From assembly GCA_013265495.1 (NCBI GenBank), contig MU058781.1:1344963-1408962 (forward strand): DNA of 64,000 nt, read 5' to 3'. Below, in pieces: positions 53,992-64,000 of this stretch. The position numbers were made by a program, and so were the translations under genes. The notes beneath the pieces are model-generated. The model was not told where the DNA came from. It saw only the letters and a list, made by a program, of their open reading frames with translations, and ran no database searches. The number at the start of each line of letters is the position of its first letter. Position 1 is the first letter of the stretch. Source of the DNA: Vicugna vicugna. Its lineage: Eukaryota.

Positions 53992-56082
53992 CTGCGGAGA
54001 CAGACGGGGAGGCCGCGTGTGGGCGTCGAGGGTCCCTCCCAAGCCCCTTCCCGGCCCCGGCCCTCGGCACGGCTAGGGCCAGCGCCCGGGCATGCGTCGC
54101 AACCCCCGCTCTCCCGGCCCCGAAAATTCTGCGGCTCTTTCCCCACCTCCTACCCTGTTCCTGCTCCATTCCCGTCCTGGGGCTCGAGCCTCTGCCCCTT
54201 GGCGTCTCACCGGCGGCCTGAGACGTCCCCGCTCCGCCAGCCAGGCCTGTGCTTCTGCCTGGGCCCTTAACTTCTATCCACAAAGGTGCTGTCTACCAAT
54301 GGTGGTGACATCATGACCCTCTTGGCTCTCAACATCCCAGGAGAGGCCCCCGGACGGGGTGCCGGAGCATAGGCCCAGGGTGCAGGAGAGGGGGTTACGT
54401 TTATAAACTAAGAGCAAGCTATGTGTACTTGGGAGTTTGGGGAGGGAGATGGATTTAGGGTTTTGTTGGGGAGAAATTGCTTCAAAGACCTATAGTTAAA
54501 ATCAGCCGAGAGTTTAGATGACTAAAGCAGCCTGTAAATGAGCATTTCAGTCTAGACACCAAGCTGGGAAGTGGTGGATTCAGTTGTCACACAGCACACA
54601 TGCCCCATCTTTCCGATACATAGGCCCTTTCCTATGCTTAATTTTGAAAAAGATTCGAGTTTTGGAAATCCATTTCAAGCCTGGTTTTGAGCTGGGAGAA
54701 AGAAGGATAAGCAGCCCTACCATAGAATACTAGCAGTGTGTTCTTCTGATGAGCAAAGAGTTAACAGTCCTGCGCTTAAGTGTCTTCTTTGAGAAGGGCG
54801 GGGGAGGAGGAGGATATATTCTTGTTAGTTAGCATCATAAGCTCTTCATTCTTGGACGCACCATCCTCAGGAAAAAACTCAAGTCCAGCAGAAAGTGTAC
54901 TAACGTGTTGCATTTCTAATACCAATATGATTCAGATGCATTCATAACCATTTAAGTACAGTATGCATTTATATTTTAAAATTCCACATGGAGACAAATA
55001 TAATATGCATACATTCACATCACAGTATTCCTCCCTCTTTAATGGGGATATTTTAGACATAGGGAGGTGGGGGGCTCTAGGTTTTGGATAGATCACTTGT
55101 GACATTAATAGCTCTGGGGAGGCTAATAGAGACAATAGGAGTTAAACGAACTCTTGAGAGATTACTAATAAAAGAGCCAATTATCATGTCAGCTTGGAAA
55201 GAGCATCTCTTAAGATTTATCCCTTGCACATCTAATTTGACATGACAAAGACTTCACAGATGCAAAAATGAAACTTTAAACTAGCTAACAATATACTGAT
55301 TGGGGTTAGAAATGAGAACAGTTTTATATAGCATCATCCTCTGGTGGTGCCTAGAATCCTGAAATGTAACATTGCCACCATAACAAGAACAACAACAAAA
55401 AGCTGCCGTGAATAGCATTTAATCCAGTAAACTTTATTTCTACTCACTGAACACAATACAGATGACAAATCCATCCAAATCACTTGACTTTTTAAAAACA
55501 ATTTCTGCTCTGAACAATTATGCTGATAAACTTGACATCTTCAAGAAACTAATTTTTAAAAGCCAAATTTTTCTTAACCTAAGTCACAAAGTTTTAAAAC
55601 CCTTAAACATCTAATGAGAGCGTAAATGTGAGAACATAAAAGTTTGTTTTTTCCTCTGCTAAGGAGTGCTTCTTATCATCTGCCCTTATATTAATAGTAA
55701 ATTATTTGCACTGTTTTAGCATTATACACTTCTTAACACTCATAGCCACTCACACAGTGGGTTAGCTAAACCGTCAAAACCGTTTCAGAATTGAAACGCC
55801 ACTTCCAAATCAGTTCAACTATCACACATTTCATGTGTTTGTCCAGATATCATTAAATGAAATTAAACGGTCGAATCATAAATCAGAACAAAGCTAGCCT
55901 GTTGCCATTTGTAACATACTGAAAGCCGATCATTCAAGTATTGCTGTTCTGTGCCTATCTATTCGCTGATTCTGAGCCTTTAGGAAATCCTACTTGAAAA
56001 AAATAAATACGGCTCTGCAAGTTCTTTTAAATAGCACTATGCCTGTAAGGACATGTTTGGAATGCAGAAGGAAATGGCTTAC

Positions 56083-56134
56083 CTTTCTTAATTACAGTTT
56101 GATCTGGGATGTTAATACCCGGGTCTTCTACGTG
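56083..56134 (-). CDS. TFAP2A: TFAP2A exon 3
   Basis: ttgcag|CAC GTA GAA...AAG AAA G|gtaagc; 52 nt; HVEDPGINIPDQTVIKK-G. Confidence 0.97.
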
Positions 56135-56774
56135 CTGCAACAAAAGGGATACACATGGATGTAAGTGTGTAATCAAAACAAAAGGAAATGAATATTCCGT
56201 GCAAGGTGTGGGGAGGGGAAGGTGTAGAATCAAAATCCCCCCTCCCATCTAGTGACATTTATATATAAACATCTCAACTTAGCTTATTGGAATTTGGGGC
56301 TTTGCAACTCAAGAGGTTTCCACTGTGCACCCATGGTCCATTTCTCCTCCTCCAGCAAATAATCCACGTTTGAAGGAGGTGGGGGTGGGAAATAAAACTT
56401 TCTTTGGAAATTAAATCGAGTTTTGGAACACTTAATCTTTCTCGCCATCAGTTCAACCTTTAAAAATACACCTAGCTTTAGTTTGGCGCCTCAGCGTCTT
56501 CGGACTTCAGTGATTCTAGTGTTCAGGCAGCAAAAGCCAGAGAAACACAATAGAAATGACAGAGGCGGGAGTAATAGGGGAGCATTGGAAACGTTTCGGC
56601 AGTGTGATGAAGAGCAAACGTGTATACACACCTTCACTTATGGAAAAATGAAAAAAATTTTAAAAAGGACTACTGTCAAAACAATTATCAGGTAGGAATA
56701 TGAAAAAGATAAAAAGAAAAAAAAAAAAAACCTTTGAGATTTTCCTGTGTCCAGCAGCAGCTTTGTTAGTGTGG

Positions 56775-56807
<33 letters not shown>

Positions 56808-57921
56808 ACAGATGAATGGGTATACGTGTGTGCTAGAGTCAAAACGTGATTAGAAAGTAAAATGAAATCATGTTTTCTAATGCAGAAACTGACAGGCAAT
56901 ATAATGTCTGGCTGTGTTTACAAATTAGCACCAGGGCTGCTGAGATAGAAGATTTCGCAATCGTTACCAAACACAGGCATTACCATTTAAAAAAACTATT
57001 ACTTCCTTCTCTAGTCTTTGTCCAACAATAATACTGATTCGAACATTTTCCATTCTGTCTTGGATTTATGCTCCTGTTAATTGTGCCTGATCGCAATGAT
57101 TCCGGGTGGATGGTACTAAGTTGCTTTATTACAGGTTTTATTATACTCAATGCTCTCATTTGTAACTTGCCTAAAGTGCTTCTGGATTTAAGTATAATTA
57201 AATTGAGAAATGTTCAGAAATGACTACTGCTGCAGTTCTTGTGTTTTAACTATATGGGGAAATATGATCCCTTTATGCATGCACCCTAAACCCATAAAGT
57301 CAATGTAGTGTGGCACAATACTTTTATTTGTGTTATTTCTAGACCTTGTCCATACAGGGAAGACTGTTAAGTTTAAAACCCCACTGAGATATTAATGATT
57401 AAATAATTTTCACCATCGATTTGATTTTCTTAAATATTTGGCAGTCATTCTTATTAAAGGTTAACTGTTGCAGCAATAGGAAAATTGAAAACAACCCTTT
57501 TCCTGACCCAAATTCCTTTCAAAGAATTTTTTTTCTTAAAAGGTGGCGGAGGGAAGGGGAAGAGCAGCAACTGGGTTTCCTTGCTTTTATTTGATCTTTT
57601 GGTTAATTTCTCCTATAGGCCAGTTTCACCACAAAGAGTGACTACACAGGTGTTAAGAATTCACAGCAGCCACTTTGGAATTTTTGCAAAGTAGAGCAAT
57701 TCTAATTCACAGTAGTTCCAAAAGCTTGCGATGTTATTTTGCAATTCAAATATTTCCAATGAGCAGACTAGGAAAAGGATTCAGACTTTTTGGGAAGGGG
57801 AACTAAAATGATCACAGCTTCTAGGATCGTTTTTAAATTGCTCTTTTCTTAACTATTGCTCTTTTCATTTTACTTTCCAAGAAATGCACTGTTTCCTATC
57901 AGTTTCTAAAAACAGGTACAA

Positions 57922-57977
57922 ACACACACATGCACACGCACGCGCGCGCACACACACACACACACATACACACACAA
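57922..57977. repeat. (CA)n/(CG)n dinucleotide repeat in intron 2
   Basis: acacacacatgcacacgcacgcgcgcgcacacacacacacacacatacacacaca. Confidence 0.9.
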
Positions 57978-59082
57978 AATGCCGGCTAACCCCCACCTTG
58001 GATCAAGTGCCTACTTTCATGCTTTTCCATGCTAGGCTGCTAAACATAACCAGCAAATTTCAGTGATTAACTAGGCCAAATGAGAGACGTAATAAATTTT
58101 CTATTTTCCTATGTAACTTAAATAATGTTTTAAATTCACCAAGCAAGCAGGTAAGTTCATCTGACCATTTTCTATGCAATCTAATGCAGTAATCATTAAA
58201 CTGTCAACGGACATATTGCTGCAATATTTGATGCAGTAATTTGAAATAGCATTTTAGCAAAAATCACATCCAGATACATTTCCTCTCCAAAGAAAAGCAG
58301 CATTAACAGAGCCTTTACAGCTTTAATAAAATTATTGGCTTGTTCTAATTCCATTTCAGGAAGGCTGTGAGGAAACCATAAATAGGTAGAATTGAAGCAG
58401 AGATGCTGGTTTAAATTTAATTTCAGAAAGTATTTTCAAATTATCAATAGCCTGGTTTGCATTGTAAATAGTAAATGCGCTAATACCATGCTTATTTGGA
58501 AATCACTGAAAACTGCGTTTATTGATAACTGAATTAGATCTCAAAAAATGCATCGCCCAATAGTCTCAAAACATTTAATTTCATATGGGGTGTAGCAGGT
58601 TCTGATAGGCGTTGGGAACCCAGCTAATGATTTATGAGGTCAGCACTTAGCACCCCTAGGAAGAGAAAAAGGCTGCATTTAATGTCCTCCTGCTCGCATT
58701 TGCTACTTTACTATTCTTTAATCAGGGGAGGGTATACACATAACTTTCAGCTATCACTAGTGCTCCTAAAATCCAGAAAAACCAATAACTTGCTTAGTAT
58801 GTCTTTTACACTTTCTTTTAAATTGCGAGGGCATTTAAATGAGCTCTTTTGGTCGACTCTAACATGTTTTTCAGGACTGGGAGAAATCCCCACGACAGAC
58901 TCAGCGGTGGAATTAGATCCTCTCCCAGTCGAAACAGTTTACTGTCGTGGAGAGGGGAAGCTATGGATATCATCAGTGGTGACATTCGTCTGATTTATAA
59001 TTGGTAATGCAGGCATTGTTTGAAGGAGCTCCAGGAACCATTGTTCTAGGGGCAGAACTCTCAGTAACTTTGTAATTTTTCA

Positions 59083-59916
<834 letters not shown>

Positions 59917-60379
59917 TCAAAGGGGGGAAAAGATGGAAAAGGGCCTCCGGAATACAGCCCGTGAAGCTGCAGAGTGAAACCTCCCTTAAGCAAAATGAAC
60001 ATTCCTACTAAATATTAAACAGCAGAAGCGGCCTTTTCTCTGTCCCCAGATTTGAACCTGCCTGCCACTGCGTTATTGTTTACCCTGTTCCATTTATTTA
60101 GAGGGAAAAATCATACCTGTTCAAGGACTATTACCATTTCATGACTATTTAAATAGAAACATATTTCGTAGAGAGGCTGTGAGGAAAGCATACGTTTAAA
60201 TTACCAGCTTAAAGAGGGTTTTAACTGCAGGTTGGGGGGCTATCTTTTCCGCTTCCTCAGTTAGGAGCCTTTTTCTGGACAGGGTCGATTTATGATAGGG
60301 ATGGGAAGAGGAGGACGTCAAGTCAAGGTTTAAAATGGAAAGATTCAGTCTTACAGTGGGTTTAAAAGAGAGAGGTGCA

Positions 60380-63300
60380 CCCCGGGGCGGAGGCCCCCGC
60401 CCCTTCCACCCCAGCCCCAAAGGGCAGAAGAACGCCTGACTTTTGTTCTTCTCTTGCAATTCGCTTGCAAAACAAGCGACCAGAGTTGATTCCAGGGAAG
60501 GCGAACCCTCGGAGGTTCAGTCCCGGGCCCCGAAGGTAAGAGGCACACCAGGCAGCGTTTTTTTTCCTGCCGCTGGATTAAGCATCAAATGTTGAGAACA
60601 TCTCGGGAACAAGTGAAGAGACGAGGAAATAAAGATGAACGTGGCGAGAAACACGCCTTGGGAAGTAGCGGCGAGGTAGGTCTGCGCGCCGGGAGAGGGC
60701 GAGCGGGGGCGGGGGTACCGCATTCGATCGAAGAAGGGAAAAGAGGGAGAGAAACACGGAGAGAGGGAAATGCAAACGGAAAGGGGGGTGGGGGGCTGAA
60801 GGAAAGCTGGGCGAGGAACCCGAGGTCTCGGGCCGCTCCGCAGCCCTAGGTTTTCAAGAGGAGAGAATTCCTAAGGAAACGGGGAGGGGGTGGGGATGGG
60901 ACTCACCATAGCTGAAAAACTGTGAACTAACATCTGCGAAGAGTCTGGGGTAACGAGTCAGGGTGGAAAACAACAAGCAAGCCCGGAGAGCCCGGCTGCC
61001 CCGCCGCCCGAGCGGGCCCCACACAAAAGGCGCCGAGAGCCCCGCGCCACCCAGGACTCCGGTCACGGCGCCGCCGCTCCCCCGAGCGCAGGAGCCCCGC
61101 TCTGGTCCATCCGAACTTGAACCACCGATTCGAGCGGCGCCTTCAGCTGGTCCAACCCACGGTCTCTATCCGCCGCGATCGGGGAGGAATCAAAGTTCCT
61201 TAAAAAATGAAAAACCCCAAAAAGGGAAAAAGAAAAAAAAATGTGTGTGTGTCTGTGTGCGTGTGCGTGTTCCTTAATCCGTGTCTCCCCCTCTTTTCTG
61301 AGCGGCGGCTTCGCTTGAGCTTCTAATAACCGCGCTGGGCAGCGTTCCTGGAGCCTCCTAATAGCAGATATTCATGACTATTAATATTACACGAATACTT
61401 AATAAGGGAAGAATGCCTGGAAATCGAGCGTGAAGCGGAGAGGCAACTCGCGCCGGAGCCGGCTCTCAATGCAGTCCATTGACGGGAGCCTCAGTGTAGC
61501 AAATCGGAGGTGGGGAGAGGGAGCGCGAGAGACAAAAAGCGGGCGAGAGAGGGAGCGGGCGAGCGCGCGGGGGGCCGCGGCGCGGCGTCTGGCGAATCAC
61601 AGGGAAGGGGCAACATTTTAAAAGGTTGCAGGGCAGGCAAAAGTGAAAGAGAAAGAGGGAGAGAGGGAGACCGAGGGCGAGCGCGCAGAGAGGGAGAATG
61701 TGTCTGCGTGCGTGTGTGAGAAAGAAAGTGTGGGCGCGAGAGAGGAGCCCGGAGTGGGGAGAGGGGAGGGAGGGAGGGAGGAAGNNNNNNNNNNNNNNNN
61801 NNNNNNNNNNNNNNNNNNNNNNNNNNNNNNNNNNNNNNNAGGGAGGGAAGGAGGGGGAGGGGGCCGAGTCGGAGCGCGCAGAGGGGGAGGCAGCGAGGGA
61901 GGGGGAGGGGGAGAGGAAGCGAGCGAGGACAATCAGACCTAAAAGGCTGGGGCAGACCTCGGGATGCCGCGGGGGCCGCGCGTCGCGGGCCGGAGCCGCC
62001 GGGGACCGCGTCCGGGCGTTCGTCGGACTCTCGGCACCCGAGCTGTTGCCCGGCCCTCTTCGGCCGCGGGCTCCTCGGCTCCGCCGCCCGACCTGGGGCT
62101 CGGGGTTCGGCCGCCGGCTGCTGCGCCGCTCCTCCATGGCCCCGCGCCCCGCCAGGGACCGGCCCTCGCCTGGGCCGCCCCTCCGGCTGCCGGCGGACCC
62201 CGGGGCCGGACTCCTTGCTGCAGCGGCCGCCCTGCCCTGGGCTCTCCGGGGTAGGGGCTCTGGGAGGGGGAGCCGGGACGAGGCCCGGGGCGCGCAGAGA
62301 CGCGAGGCGGCCCAGCCCGGGCGCCGCTGGCACGGGCTCCCGGCTCCCGGCGCAAACCCGTCCGACTGGCTGGGCCACTCCCGCCCGACGCCCACCCCCC
62401 ACGCCCCCATGACACGGCTCGCTCTCTCCCAGCCACCGCTGCCAGTCTACCCGCCGGGCTGTCAGAACAAGTGGCACCTCGCCTCCTGCGTGTCCCTGCA
62501 GAGCCCGGCATAATTAGACAGCCCCGAGCCGGCTCGGAAACCCGAAATCCCTGCTCCGGCGCTCGCCCACCGCAAAGTTGTTGAAACAGCCTTCACTCTA
62601 TTTATTCTTCTCTCCCTGCTCTCGCTTCTCATCTTTTTTGGTCTTCCTCACACAAACATGCACACGCGCCCCCACAGGGTCCCTCTCGGGGTGCAAGTTC
62701 ATCGCCTCCCACCTGGGTCCCACAAGCGCCTGGCGCCGCGCGGAGCTTCGGACCCCGCCCGCCGGGGACTCGGAACCCGGGGCACACGGTTTCGGCCTCC
62801 GGGAAAGTGAACGCCGGAGCCTCTGGCCACAATCTGGGCTGGACAATCCACTCTGGGAGGCTTACGGGGCCTCAGTTTCACCTCCCCCGCCACCGGCTCG
62901 CAAACGGACCCCCAGCCCTGAAAACAAAGCGACTGGTCGGACATGGAGTATCCGCGCCCCGCGCCACGCAGGACAGGAGTCCCCAGAGAAGCATCCGTCC
63001 CCTTGGGATATCACCCCGTGCCCCATCCACGGGGTGGGGGAGGGAGGGCCAAAAGGGAGGACCCGGGAAAGGGGAAAGATTTAAAATAGTCTCCAGAAAA
63101 GAGAGGAGGAAGGGGACGCGTGACACATTTTTCACATAAACCCAGGTTCTGATTTCAAGTGAAGACCCTCGCCGCTGCGCCCGCACAGACATCTACGCTT
63201 GACATTCCCAGCTCCAAAAGCCAAAAGGAAAGAAAGAAAAGAGAAAAGAAAAAACAGTGAAAGCCGGGACTGTCACCTATTTACTTAGGTAATCTCCGGT

Positions 63301-63800
63301 CGCGGCCCTCTCCCCATCCCCCTCCCATGACTCATCCGCTCCTTTTAGCGGGGGTTGTAAGGGGGTTGAGGCAGCGGCCGCCAGGCCTGTTCCCAGCGCC
63401 TCCCGCCGGCTGCCCCAAGAAGCCGAGCTCCGGGGACTCTGGATTTTAAAATGGGCTCCGTCGCGGCGCGCTCTATCGGCCTGGCAGGCTCCCCGCACCA
63501 GAGGTTGTGGGCAGCCCCGCCAGGATTCCCACGGTCACGCAGCCGAGTGCCCGGCGGCTGCAGGACAGATGCGGAGGAATCGGTCGGCCAGCAGGCTCCG
63601 AGCAGTGCACCCTCCCACCCCCACCCCGGGGATGCGCCTACCAAGTGGCTCAGGGAGAAGCTGCCAGAACTTCCTAAACAACACAGAGTACCTGGGACGA
63701 GCTCGGTCGCAGTTTGTGGGATAAGTGCTCCCAAACTGAACCCGCTCACTGGGAGGTGCAACTCAGTTCAGAGCGAAGTGTGCGAGCCCCTTCTCCAGAT
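60380..63800. promoter_or_regulatory. Promoter-associated CpG island around exon 1b / intron 1
   Basis: Very high GC and CpG density with GC boxes; surrounds exon 1b. Confidence 0.88.
60907..60933 (-). CDS. TFAP2A: TFAP2A alternative first coding exon (1b), MLVHSFSAM
   Basis: Minus strand reads ATG TTA GTT CAC AGT TTT TCA GCT ATG|gtgagt, with a consensus donor. Matches the known MLVHSFSAM-DRHDG N-terminal isoform and is in phase 0 with exon 2. Confidence 0.93.
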
Positions 63801-64000
63801 ACGGAAAAAAAAAAAAGCCTTTTAGAAAGCGTTGGGTGGGGGGACGGTAGGAAGGAAAGAATGAATAAATAAAAAAGGAATATTAAAGATCAGAGACAAA
63901 GTTAAAGAAGGAAAAGGGTTTTCTCTTTCCTGGTGATGTGGGCCCTCACAAGCTCGTTGGAGAGACACGCAGAGTGCACAGACGCGTGCCCACTTGCCAG

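Larger units (their letters stand above)
53185..54250. promoter_or_regulatory. Intragenic CpG island over exon 4
   Basis: Abrupt switch from AT-rich intron to CpG-dense sequence on both sides of the gap. Confidence 0.85.

Noticed and set aside
53186..54283. Long ORFs (225-365 aa) across the exon 4 region
   Set aside because: GC-rich stop-poor sequence bridged by an N gap; only GPVSLSK is real coding sequence.
61466..62513. ORFs of 190-328 aa on both strands
   Set aside because: Low-complexity Ala/Arg/Gly/Pro translations of a CpG island, several crossing an N gap; no domain recognised.
61900..63800. AP-2 autoregulatory GCCN3GGC sites and the MLWKL first exon
   Set aside because: GCCN3GGC matches are expected by chance at this GC content, and no MLWKLTDNIKYE coding sequence was found in the window.

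Overview
Mammalian genomic DNA, most likely a camelid (tRNA-Ala-derived Vic-1-type SINEs and artiodactyl-type L1 3' ends; inference), from a draft assembly with three N gaps. The right half holds most of TFAP2A (AP-2 alpha) on the minus strand: alternative first exon MLVHSFSAM (60907-60933), exons 2-7 with canonical GT/AG junctions and a ~1.6 kb 3' UTR. Most of exon 4 lies in an N gap, and the MLWKL first exon is not in the window. Bases 1-~29.8 kb are ordinary intergenic DNA dense in old repeats (L2, MIR, MLT1/MLT2, LTR37-like, MER33, Tigger2) and younger SINE/L1 copies. From ~29.8 kb to the end the sequence is almost transposon-free, with several CpG islands and motif-rich non-coding blocks. 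Notable points: the last exon encodes a non-canonical C-terminus; the PY region has a Y>P change; two near-identical tandem duplications sit in downstream CpG islands (these three may be assembly artefacts); an antisense L1 plus (GAAA)n tract in intron 6 forms a complete candidate poison exon; the AP-2B intron-5 read-through tail is recognisable but broken; and there are candidate uORFs ahead of exon 1b. I found no convincing evidence of a wholly new biological system. Repeat family names and human reference sequences are recalled from memory, not from searches.
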